Of a stretch of DNA of 64,000 bases, positions 51,735-62,915 are shown in pieces. The stretch covers positions 270,940,001 through 271,004,000 of the forward strand of contig NC_067398.1 in NCBI RefSeq assembly GCF_016432865.1, read 5' to 3'. A program made the position numbers and the translations under genes. The notes under the pieces are model-generated. The model was not told the origin of the DNA. It worked only from the letters and a program-made list of their open reading frames with translations, and ran no database searches. Source of the stretch: Antechinus flavipes (Eukaryota). Each line of letters opens with the position of its first letter. Position 1 is the stretch's first letter.

Positions 51735-54700
51735 ATATCCCCTCTTTTAAAAAATACCCATATTTCTACATTTTGGGTAATTAAAAAAAGTCTTAGTAAC
51801 AATTGTGACAACAATTGTTCATGTTTCTATTATACAAGGTTGGCATTTTTTATTAATATCATTATGCCTTTGCAATTATCAGCACACTAAGCCAATTTCC
51901 TTCTTCCCCTTAAGCAGTCAATTTGCACCCTCAATGAGGTATTTTTCAGTAGACTGTTTACAATCTCTGAAATGTAAATTATAACAAGGATATTAGATGG
52001 AAGACTGTTTTGTTGTGTTTATTGGATTTTTTTTTTAACTTTGTCTGAATTCTGGGAATATTCTTATATTTTATGTAGGTGGTTAGTTTTCTGTTTANNN
52101 NNNNNNNNNNNNNNNNNNNNNNNNNNNNNNNNNNNNNNNNNNNNNNNNNNNNNNNNNNNNNNNNNNNNNNNNNNNNNNNNNNNNNNNNNNNNNNNNNNNN
52201 NNNNNNNNNNNNNNNNNNNNNNNNNNNNNNNNNNNNNNNNNNNNNNNNNNNNNNNNCCTTAGAACAGATTTTTTCATCACCTGGACAAAAGAATGAATGC
52301 AAATACCAAGGCAATAATCATGAATTGCTTTTTATTTTAAAACTAGCATTTCAAAATGTGTCCAAATGGTTTCTAAAAGTGTTTGGCTTGCCTGAAAGCC
52401 ACTGAGTGATATGTAATTACCCTGGGGCTTCAATCCTCCAAACAAGAAAATTTTGATTTCAATTTTAAATATAGTTTTAGAAAACTGTCCTATCATGACT
52501 TGAGGCAACTTTTATATATTTTATACAAATGTAAAGGACACCATTTCTGGCAATGGAAGCACAATTCTACTACCTCCCAATTTTCCTTCTATAGTTTGTT
52601 TCTTGAGAATGAAAATTACAATATTTATCAAGAAAAAAAGAATTTAAGAATTAAAGGAATCAAAAACACTTGGTTCAACTGTTTAGTAAAATGTTACTGT
52701 CATGGGGTACGTAAACATATTTTAAAAATATTTCTAAAACAAGTGATTTCCTTTGTAAATCTATATATTTTATATTATACATTTAGAAGCATTATTCTGA
52801 AGAAGGGATCAATGGATTTCAGACTGCCAAGGAGTCTATGATATACATTATACACAAAAGGTTAAAAACTCCTGATTAAAGGAATACCATGTGGCTTTGA
52901 ATAGAATGATACCACATATAATGTTGTAGCTAGCTAAACACAGAGAATCTAACAAGAGCAACTGGGAAGAACAATTAGGAACTTCATCACTTTTGGGTCT
53001 CTTTATATGTTTATTATTTAGAATCTGAAAGCTGACTGAGATTATGTCTTGATTACAAGTGTTGACTATCCCTATTGGGAAGTACAAGATGTATGAAGTT
53101 CAAAGACATGAATGATTCTTCCTGGACTTGAGAAAGGAGAACATTTTAATTTTAAAACTATTGACTAATCAGGCTTGTAACCATAATTATAAATAGAAAC
53201 CTAATTTATTTAATTTACTAATTGTTATTTTTCTCCTCTGGATATTAGTTGACTTTGGGAGACTTTAGAAGTAGAAAACATTCTCCAAACACACAAAGTG
53301 TTATGTGGGAATAACTCAGGCACTTGTGGAAGTTGGAGTTTCTTCCAGGTCACAGTTTTTACCTGGGAGAATCAGACTCGGCATTTTTAGAAAAAACAAA
53401 ACAACAACAAAAAAGCTAAATTTAGATTTCACCTGTTCATGGCTTAAAAAAACGAACAAACCAACAAACCACCCCATATTGGATAGTTCAAAGTCTTAAA
53501 TAAATTTGAAAGAAATTGAGTTGTAACATATTTTCATGCTGTTTCTAAAAAACCCCAAAATAATATATTGTCAAAACCAAGAAGCCCTGTTTTAAGCTAG
53601 TTTATTTCTTTTAAACTGGATGTTTTCTCTTTTCATATAGGTAGATATCTGCCTATAAATTGCCCTAGCTGATTATTTCATTGAATTGTAAAATGTTAAT
53701 TTGCTAAAAGAAATATAATTAAAGTTAGCCAAGTTTATCTTAAACAAAATTTGAGTTAGCATTTTCAAAGGCAGTTATTTTGGCAAATCATATCTTTTAG
53801 AAATTCTCAAAGTGTTATTCACAAATGGCTATAACCGCCCCATGAAATTAAAAAAAAATACTCCTTTCAATTTCATTCATCTGTAAAACTAAAGATAAAA
53901 TAATTGACCTCTTATTCTGGAAAATTGTTTATTAGACAGGGGCTATAAGTTGCTTCTAAAAACATGAAAGATGTCATGCAGATAACAACGTTTATTCTTC
54001 TAAAAAAGAATAAACCTAATGTCAAGCTAAAAAATTAAAAATGGAAATAAAAAATGGGTTTGCAAACTAATATTAAACAAGTTGTTAAACTGGGGCCAAT
54101 TTAGCCAATACTGAGTCTATATTTGAAAGACTGCCTTTTAAAAATTTGTATTGGTCCTCCTCAGAAATTGGATTTGCTCATTTGAGCTCAGCTCTAGTTT
54201 AATATTTATAGAGCTTTGTTAATCTTTTATCTGTGGTGGAGTGGGCAAGTTTTCATGCTAAAATTATTTATAAAAGACTCTAACTTAGAAAGAAAAGAAT
54301 ACAGAGGAAAGGCTCAGTTGAATTTGATGTGTATGTAAATTCAGCAGTTAATGCATTTAAAGCACCATCCATGATGGAAGAGAACTATCATAGAAAACAA
54401 GCTTAGGTTGGAAAGACGACTTCAGAAATATGGTCACTTAAGAGAGAATCTTTAAAATAATCCCTTTGTTAAAATGTCAGAAAATATCCATGAAAAAAAA
54501 CACACAAATGTCTTAATAGAAAAATTTACATTTTTTGAGATAATAGAAACTAGATTCATATTTCTGTCTGCCTCCTTCAAGTCTGGAGATAAGTCAATAC
54601 TTAAAACAATATCTGTTTCATGTTCTTAGAAAATTAAAAAAAATGGCAGCTTTTATACAGAGAGATCATCAGTTGTGATAGACAGTTCCTGGCAGTCAGG

Positions 54701-55471
54701 TTATGGAATGAGTATCTGAATTTCATTTTCGTTGAACGATGGATAGTTTTCATGCCCAGTTCATTTCAGTTTTCATTGAAGGAAATAAATAGCTGCACAA
54801 TACTGTAATCTGGAAGCTTAAATCAGATTAAAAGAGGATGAAGTACCATAACACCCTCAATCTCTAACACCTAAGTATAACCAATAGTATTTTTTCACTC
54901 ATGACCTAAAAATGGAGGCCCATGTTAAAAAGATGCATAGGAAAGAAAGTCTTGGGGGATGGTTAGGACTACATTTTAGAAACGTGCCACAGAATAAAAA
55001 ACAAAAACAAACCCCCCAAAAAAATTATGTTTCAGGGAAAGGATTTAAGGCTAGGATATATAAAGTGGCTAACTGTGAATAGCAGACTTCAACAAAACAT
55101 TTGAGTCAGTTTTTCATACCCATATCAAAGTGAGTATGTGTGTATGTTATGTATGAAGTAAGTCCATATGGAAAAACCAAACCAAACCAAACCATAAGAT
55201 AAATAGAATTACACGCATTTCGCCCCTTGATTGGGAAAACTGGTAAGAAAAAAGAAGTTAAAGAGAAAGAATACATTTGATGGAGAGGAAAACAAAATAA
55301 GAACATTGTGGTTCAGTTTATTGAGGAAAGAGAAATCAAAAGCCATCCATCTGCGAGGCAATGAAGGCGCTTACTTCCAGTTCACAGTATTGCAGTTAAT
55401 TGTACAGAGAGGTCTATGTAAGTGACAGAGGGAGCAGAGGCTCCTCAGAAGGAGAGAGGAGAGAGAAGTGG

Positions 55472-56141
55472 TCACATGACAACACAGCACTGACAGCGTT
55501 TTTTCTTTTGGGTACCTGGGACTGGTTCTGTGGCCAGGCTCTCCTCCTTCACCTCGGGGGAGGAGGGCTCTGTGGTGTCTGAGATGGGCTTTCCAGAGAC
55601 AAGCTCAGCTGCATTTCCATCAATAGTGGACACGTCGGTCACCGTCTTCTCCCGGAGTGACTTCTCATCATCTTCGTCAATGAGCACCAACTCGGCTTTG
55701 ATGGTCTCGTCGTATCCTAGCACCTTTTTGGCCTCCTCTTCACCCTCTATGTTTTGGTAGCCCATGAAAATCATGGTCACTGGCTGGTCCACGCTCACGT
55801 CGGGGACTTCAGCTCTAATGGCTTTCGTCTGTTGTTCTACGCTCTCTGCAGGACAGTCTTTCCTAGATTTGTGGACCATTTCTAACTTGGCCTCCTTGCA
55901 GAGCATCTGTTCCTTTGCATGGCTGAGTTTCCCATCAGCTATCACAGTCCTCTCCAACATAGCCTTTGCCTCATGTCCTCCTCTTATGCTTGATTGTTCA
56001 GCTTTCTGAATAAGTTCATCTACATCCTTTGAATTTAGTTTATGCACTCCATTCTCTACCACGGTACCTCCTGAGTGCACCTCATAGACTACTTTGGTAC
56101 CGTCATCATAGATTTTGGCTCCTCTCTGATGGACCCCCTCT
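55472..56141 (-). CDS. PALM2: Paralemmin-2 terminal coding exon (partial; the splice acceptor and first ~28 codons fall in the 56142-56336 gap)
   Basis: Open frame EGVHQRGAKIYDDGTKVVYEV...PVTMIFMGYQNIE...IKAELVLIDEDDEKSLREKTVTDVSTIDGNAAELVSG...GTQKKKRCQCCVVM*, stop TGA at 55472-55474. It carries the paralemmin motifs (KxYDDG, PVTMIFMGY, KAELVLID), and the C-terminus matches PALM2 as I recall it, not PALM1, PALM3 or PALMD. GC and CpG content are raised relative to the flanks. Confidence 0.96.
55475..55507 (-). other. PALM2: Membrane-anchor signal KKKRCQCCVVM: polybasic cluster, two palmitoylation cysteines and a CaaX box (CVVM)
   Basis: Direct translation. The standard CaaX rule (X=M) predicts farnesylation, and this is the known paralemmin lipidation arrangement. 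Confidence 0.92.
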
Positions 56142-56336
56142 NNNNNNNNNNNNNNNNNNNNNNNNNNNNNNNNNNNNNNNNNNNNNNNNNNNNNNNNNNN
56201 NNNNNNNNNNNNNNNNNNNNNNNNNNNNNNNNNNNNNNNNNNNNNNNNNNNNNNNNNNNNNNNNNNNNNNNNNNNNNNNNNNNNNNNNNNNNNNNNNNNN
56301 NNNNNNNNNNNNNNNNNNNNNNNNNNNNNNNNNNNN
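56142..56336. other. Assembly gap covering the PALM2 exon start (other gaps: 7035-7170, 14356-14489, 52098-52256, 60572-60833, 62786-62915)
   Basis: N-runs in the sequence. Confidence 0.99.
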
Positions 56337-56876
56337 CAAGCTAGTTCTAAGTGCCAAGCATCCTGCATGTTAGAGTGAGGTACATATGGTGAATAGAGAT
56401 GGTTACAGAGAATACAGTAATATGTGCATTACAAAGACAAGTATAGTAAGGAGGCACCACACATCAGTAGTGATCAGTCTATCAGTCCTGTGCAAAGGAA
56501 GTTCACTTAAGAGAGAGTGGCATCAATGACTGCTTAAGATTCAGTGTCAAGTGATGCATTAAGGTTGATAACATGCAAGCTGACCTTTATCATGGGACTT
56601 AATCTCTGATGGACAGAAGAGAGAATTTTAAAAGCACTGAACATTCAAATGGTCATACTCCTCTGGCTATTTTCCCTCAGAGACCTTTGCTCATTTCTAG
56701 CTTCCACTTTTTCTTCTTTGTTGCCAAGCTCAGGATTCTGAAGTTAGGTGCTCTCTTGGAGCTCTTTCAATTTCTACTCCAAAAGAAAGTAAAAAACATT
56801 TTTTAAGGTATCTTCAGATGACGAGAGCGCTTGAGACACTTAGCTTCCTTTCTAAATAAGTGACTAGAACCTGGGG

Positions 56877-57166
56877 TATAAAATGCTATCCGCATCCAGA
56901 GAGAGAACTATGGAGACTGAATGTGGATCAAAGAATAGTATTTTCACCTTGTTTGTTTGTTTTTTCTTTTCTCGAGGTTTTTTTCCTTTTGGTCTGATTT
57001 TTTTTGCAACATGACAAATATGGAAATATGTTTAAAAGTTCTGCATATATTTAACCTAGATCAGATTGCTTGCTGTTTGGGGGAAGGGAGGGAGAAAAAA
57101 TTTCAAACACAAAGTCTTAAAAAATGTATTTGGAAAAAATAAAATACTATTGAGGAAAAAAAAAAA
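56877..57166 (+). mobile_element. Short L1 3' end
   Basis: Same family as 25600-25916 (gcatccagagagagaactatgg...aaataaaatactatt plus A-tail); possible decayed TSD (gtgacta...ggg, about 16/21 matches). Confidence 0.78.
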
Positions 57167-57556
57167 GGTGACTAAAAGCAGGGCAAGACTGAGTTTAGAC
57201 TATCCATACAGACTGGAGTATGGAAATAATAGTCATTGGAGATCTAGTTGCAGGCTCCAGTTCTGAAGATCACAAATACTTCTGCCCACTGGTCAAAAGG
57301 TGAAGAGAATCATAGTTGAACCAGTCACTTGACCACATGTGAGGAAGAAAAATGATAAGTGTATCTTTCTGGAGGAAGATAAAGGAAGCTGCATGCTGGT
57401 CTTTTTTTTTTTTTTTTTTTTAGATTACAATAAAAAATTCAGTTTCATCTTTTCAAGACATTCGATCATTAAAGTTTTACTTAATCCAAGGGAAATCTTA
57501 GTTTTGTTTTTTTTTCCTCAAGAGGATACCCAACCTTTGTCTCTTACAAACAGGCG

Positions 57557-57557
<1 letters not shown>

Positions 57558-57586
<29 letters not shown>
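57558..57586. repeat. (CA)n microsatellite
   Basis: Read directly. Confidence 0.93.
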
Positions 57587-57590
<4 letters not shown>

Positions 57591-57609
57591 CAGCGGTTAA
57601 AGAAGCAGA

Positions 57610-57735
57610 TGGAGTGGCAGCTAGATGGCACAGAGCACTGGCCCTGAAGTCAAAAAGACCTGAGTTCAAATCTGCCATTTACTAGCTTGTGTGACTCTGA
57701 ACAAATCATTTGACCCCTTTTACCTTAAAAAAAGT
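57610..57735 (+). mobile_element. WSINE1-like SINE
   Basis: Head, B-box and core. Confidence 0.72.
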
Positions 57736-58105
57736 AGATGTATAACTTAGATTTGTCAGTTTTACCAAACACACTCATAATGATTCCTACCTTAGCAGTA
57801 ATTAAGTAGAATGGGTTTTTAGATTTAGTAGATTCATTATAAAGACACTATCTTAAAAGTTATGTGTGTATGTGTGTGTATGTGTGTTTTAAAATATTAA
57901 TTTATTTTAATAACCAGAGTTATAGTGGATAAAGAGCTAGCCTGAGAAGCAGGAAATCCATGTTCAATTACTGCTTCTAATGTATACTAGCTGTGTGACC
58001 CAGGGCAGTAAGTTGCAGAGAAAGTGCCAACATGAATTGATAGGGAAATATTTCCTCATGTGAGAGTTCTCATGTCAGTGAAATCATAGTGAAATCTCTA
58101 TCCCT

Positions 58106-58585
58106 TGAATACAGAAAGGACTGGCGAGACTTACATGAACTGATGCTAAGTGAAATGAACAGAACCAGGAGATCATTATATACCTCAACAACGATACTGT
58201 TTGAGGATGTATTCTGATGGAAGTGGATCTTTTCGATAAAGAGAGCTAATTCAGTTTCAATTGATCAAGGATGGACAGAAGCAGCTACACCCAAAGAAAA
58301 GAACACTGGGAAACGAATATAAACTGCTTGCATTTTTGTTTTTCTTCCCAGGTTATTTATACCTTCTGAATCCAATTCTCCCTGTGCAACTGTTCGGTTC
58401 TGCACACATATATTGTATCTAGGATATACTGTAACCTATTTAACATGTAAAGGACAGCTTGCCATCTGGGGGAGGGGGTGGAGGGAGGGAGGGGAAAAAT
58501 CGCAACAGAAGTGAGTGCAAGGGATAATGCTGTAAAAAATTACCCTGGCATGGGTTCTGTCAATAAAAAGTTATTAAAAAAAAAA
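58106..58585 (+). mobile_element. 5'-truncated young L1 (3' UTR plus polyA)
   Basis: Marsupial L1 3' end with G-rich tract, AATAAA and A-tail; exact 15-bp TSD gaaatctctatccct (58091-58105 and 58586-58600). Confidence 0.93.
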
Positions 58586-61314
58586 GAAATCTCTATCCCT
58601 ATCCTAATTTATATTAAACTCCTGAGTTCCTCTAGTTAATTTTTACCTAATTATAGGAAAATTTGGTGAATGTTTATTTAATAAAAATTAGAAAAATTGT
58701 GACAGTATAATACCAATTATTCCTCATTTAATAAAACATAAAAATAGGACAACACATTGATCTACAATCAAGGCAATATGAAACAAAATGCTTCTGCTTT
58801 TAATCATACACTTTTATATTTTTTTTGCATGATAACATTTCTGTTTTCTACTGCTCACAAAGATGCCAGCTAAATTGGGAAAAATAAAGATAATTTACAA
58901 GATACTTTCCTTAAAATCTGGATCTTTTTAGTATGAATCAGGTAAATGGTGGAAAAGCACTTGATTTGGAGTTAAAGGAGCTAGGTTCAGTTATTAGCTA
59001 TCACTTAACTGCTTGTGTGACATTGGACAACCTGTTTGGACCTTATTTTCTTCATTTATAAAAAGTAGGAGGTTTGGATTAAAATGCTTTTGAGAGATCT
59101 CTTCCTGTTTTTAATCTATGATCTTAAAAATCCTATAAATTTTCAACTGTTTAAGAGTACAGGAAAGCAAGTACACTCTAGGTAAGTGGAAGGTTAGGTT
59201 CCAAAGTAAGCCTTCCTAAATAAACAAAATTAACTCAGAGAATCTCAATAATCATCCATAGAGTATAGAACAGTACCATTAAATAATTTTTGCTGGAATA
59301 TAGTATCTCTGTAAAAGAGACACAATCTGTATCACAAAGCAGGTAGAGCTAGGAAAACAGTTGAATTTGAATTTTATTTTTCATGAATCCTTAAGTGAAA
59401 AATTCTTAAACTTTTTGGTATCAGAACTCCAAGAGCTTTTGTTGATATGAGGTTGTATCTACTGATATTTACTATATCAGAAATTAAAGCTAAGATTAAA
59501 AAAAAGTTAATTTCATTACATCTTAACATAAGTAACATTTTAAAGAAAAATGGGTGTATTTTCCAAAACAAAAAAATTTTTGGTGAGAAAAGTAGCATTG
59601 TTTAACTTATTTTTGCAAATCTCTTTAACATCTGACTTAATAAAATATAAAGTACCTTCTCATATCTTTCTGTATTGAATCTGTTGTGATAAATTATTTT
59701 GGCTGAAGCATATGAAAAATATCTGGTCTCTCATAGGTAAAGAGAAAGGGAATTTTAATAAGCAAATAAAGTCTTAGTCTTATTACAAAAATAGTTTTGA
59801 TCCCATGAAAGGTATCAGGAATAGCCAGGGGTCCATGAAATATACTTGAGAACTTACAACTTTATCTAATAATTAGAAGAAAGGTGGGAACAAGGACTTC
59901 TAATGAAATAGAATAAAGTAAGAACAGGTGAAAACTTAGTTGTCAGGAAAACTAATGATTAAAGGAGAATGGAGGAAGCCCCTGAAAGGGCATTTGAAAG
60001 GGTTATATCTACACATGACTTTCTTCTTGTTTCATAATGAAAAAAACACACAGATGCTGAGAGTCTAAGATGGCTAATTCAGGCTGTCCTTCTTATGAAT
60101 TCTTACTAGCTTTAAGTGAGGTGATAAAAGTGTCCATGGATATGATGAAGAGAAGATTTTATAATAACATTCAGTACACTCAGTACAAGAAGCATACATT
60201 TCAGGGAGACTGAAAGAGAAACAGATTTAAGACTTCCATTTTAATGCAAGAATTCTTTATCTTTCTAATATCATTGATCTGTTTGGCAGACTGATGAAGC
60301 TTATGCACCCTTCTCAGAATAATGTTTTTAATTGCATAATATAAAATTTATAGGATAACAAAGGAACTCAAAAATTGGTGAAAATAAAAATGAGTTTTTC
60401 CCCCATTCAAGTTTAGAAACTCCCTAAAATCTATGCATCAATTCAGGTAATGAACCTTTTATCCACTGTCTTATGCTTTACTAAGAAAAGCAGTTGGGAT
60501 TACTGCATTATTTAAATAATGTTTGTTTGTTTGTTCGTTTGTTCCTTTCTTCCCCCTTCCTCTCTCTCTCCNNNNNNNNNNNNNNNNNNNNNNNNNNNNN
60601 NNNNNNNNNNNNNNNNNNNNNNNNNNNNNNNNNNNNNNNNNNNNNNNNNNNNNNNNNNNNNNNNNNNNNNNNNNNNNNNNNNNNNNNNNNNNNNNNNNNN
60701 NNNNNNNNNNNNNNNNNNNNNNNNNNNNNNNNNNNNNNNNNNNNNNNNNNNNNNNNNNNNNNNNNNNNNNNNNNNNNNNNNNNNNNNNNNNNNNNNNNNN
60801 NNNNNNNNNNNNNNNNNNNNNNNNNNNNNNNNNTCCCTCTCCCCTTCTTCTTCCCCTCCCTCCCCCCCTCTCTTCAGAGACTTGTCCAAGTCCAAATAAG
60901 CTTTTAGGCATAAAGTTGGTCTAATATGACTTCACTTTAAATCTACACTGCCAGTCCACATCATTTGCCATAATAAACTGCAAATTTGGCCTAAGATGAA
61001 GTAACACATTTTTAAATTTAATGGTTTATTGGATTTTGGCAATGCAATTCTCGTAGGGGCCTTTTTTGTTTCTCCTGCTTCTAAGTAATGCCAAATTAAA
61101 GTTCCTAATTAATAAATCTAATCATGTTATGCTTTTGCTTGAAAATCTTCAATGGCTTCCTGTGTCCTACCAAGTAAAGTTCAATCTACTTCACTTAGCA
61201 TTCAAACCCTTCCACAAGAGTTTCCCTCAGGACATACACTGAATTTTCCCATTTATGCATATACTATTTCCTGTGCTTAGATAAGTTTCCTCAATCTTTC
61301 TTCACTCAATTATT

Positions 61315-61575
61315 TTCTTGTTGTTCAGTTATTGTTTTTTCAGTCACGTCTGATTCTTTGTGATCCCATTTGGAGTTTTCTTAGCAAAGATGCTGAAATG
61401 GTTTGTCATTTCCTCCTCCAGCTCATTTTACAAATGAAGAAACTGCAGTAAACAAGATAAGTGACTTGGCCAGAGTCACATAGCTAGTAAGTTTCTAAGG
61501 CCAGATTTCAACTCACGGAGATAAGTCTTCCTGACTCTGGTCCAGCACTCTATTCACTGTGCCATCTAGCTGCTC
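61315..61575 (-). mobile_element. MAR1-like SINE
   Basis: Full reverse-complement copy with a ttgttgttc tail. Confidence 0.78.
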
Positions 61576-62239
61576 CAATTATTTTCTACTCATCACTGAA
61601 AGCCCAGAGCAAATGTTAACTCTCTTTAGAGAATCTTCTCTTTATCTCTTTACCTTCTCATACTTCCTATCCCTGGATCTCACACTTAATTTTGAAACTC
61701 TCTAATATAGTTGCTGTGAATGTGCTTTATTTCCTTACATGGGGAAACTACATGGTAAGCTACATGAAAGAATGGTTCTTTCATCATGCAATATTGTAGA
61801 ATGGAAAGAGAGCTGAACATGAGTGTTCAAATCCCAATTTTACTCTCCTACTGTGCGACTTAATCTGTTTGGGTCTCAGTTTCCTCATTTGCAAAATGAG
61901 GATATTAGATAACCTTTAGGATTCTTCCTAGGTTGAGAGTTATAATGATGTGAAATGTCTAACTTCTTCAGTAGCCAACATGGTGCTTTTCACATTGGAA
62001 ATGCAAAATAAGAAGTGCCTGTTAAAGCAGTATTTCAAGTAACCATGACTGAGCTGGAGCCAATTCTCTGAAGAGATGAGGCAATGAAGGAAGAAGAATT
62101 TTGTGGAAGACTTATAGCTTTACTCTCAGACCATCACCAATCCACTGGAAACTTGGACTCTACTTCTCAGTCTTCCAGCTCTAATAGGTGAGCTTTTTTA
62201 AGGGAACTAGAACAACTCTAACTCTAATTGGCTTGAACA

Positions 62240-62420
62240 TTGACAATTCAGAAACCTGTAACTATTAACAAATCAGGGCTTGCTTCATTGTTTTTTTGAT
62301 TGTCTAGACTTAAGAAAGTGTTGATAATTTAGATTAAACTTAAAAATGTGTATGTACAATGAATTTTTTCTGTAAAGCTTGTTTTGTTTTTTTTAAACAT
62401 TTACCAGCACACTTCTGACT
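62240..62420 (+). mobile_element. hAT (Blackjack/MER63-like) relic; relatives at 1-150 and 5290-5420
   Basis: Shared aaatcagggcttg..ttgattgtctaga..gattaaacttaaaa and terminal accagcaca..ctg. Confidence 0.5.
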
Positions 62421-62915
62421 CCATGCACGTTTTGGGGTTTCTTATACATACCCAGCAATTATATAGTGCTTTAAGATTTGCAAAACATTTTCAAATATTA
62501 TCTCATTTTATCTTCACACCAATCCTGATAAAGAGTTATTATATCCCTACTTTACACATGAGGAAACTGAAAGAGAAAGAGGTTAAGTAACTTGCCCAGG
62601 CTCACATAGCTAGTAAAGCCTGATTTGAACTTAGGACTGACTGATTTCAGTCTACTCACTGTGCTATCTAATGGTCCCTTGGTAGCTGCTCACTATCCTT
62701 TGCATAGGTACCCTACTCTTTCTAGCACCCTTTTATGTGTTATCTTTTTTCATGAAAACATAAGCTTATTGAGGACAGAAATCATNNNNNNNNNNNNNNN
62801 NNNNNNNNNNNNNNNNNNNNNNNNNNNNNNNNNNNNNNNNNNNNNNNNNNNNNNNNNNNNNNNNNNNNNNNNNNNNNNNNNNNNNNNNNNNNNNNNNNNN
62901 NNNNNNNNNNNNNNN

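Larger units (their letters stand above)
46810..55471 (-). other. PALM2: Probable long PALM2 3' UTR (distal limit uncertain)
   Basis: Follows the stop codon. 52860-55470 and 46300-47600 are repeat-poor, and there is a well-formed minus-strand polyA site at 46829-46834. Eutherian PALM2 is annotated with a multi-kb UTR. No transcript evidence is available here. Confidence 0.45.

Noticed and set aside
55381-55388. miR-27 8-mer site (ACTGTGAA) near the stop, and miR-200b-type CAGTATT sites at 54107 and 54799
   Set aside because: Short seeds are expected by chance in a multi-kb AT-rich UTR; not supportable without conservation data.
55530-56009. Plus-strand ORFs 55530-55760 and 55764-56009
   Set aside because: Antisense shadows of the PALM2 exon with no independent support.
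56337-56368. MQDAWHLELA N-terminus of the 298-aa ORF as the real protein start
   Set aside because: Separated from the paralemmin frame by Ns and not paralemmin-like; it is intronic sequence joined by the ORF caller.
60471-60924. ORFs of 110-146 aa spanning N-runs (also near 7.0, 14.4, 52.1, 56.1 and 62.8 kb)
   Set aside because: Artefacts of Ns being translated as X without stops.
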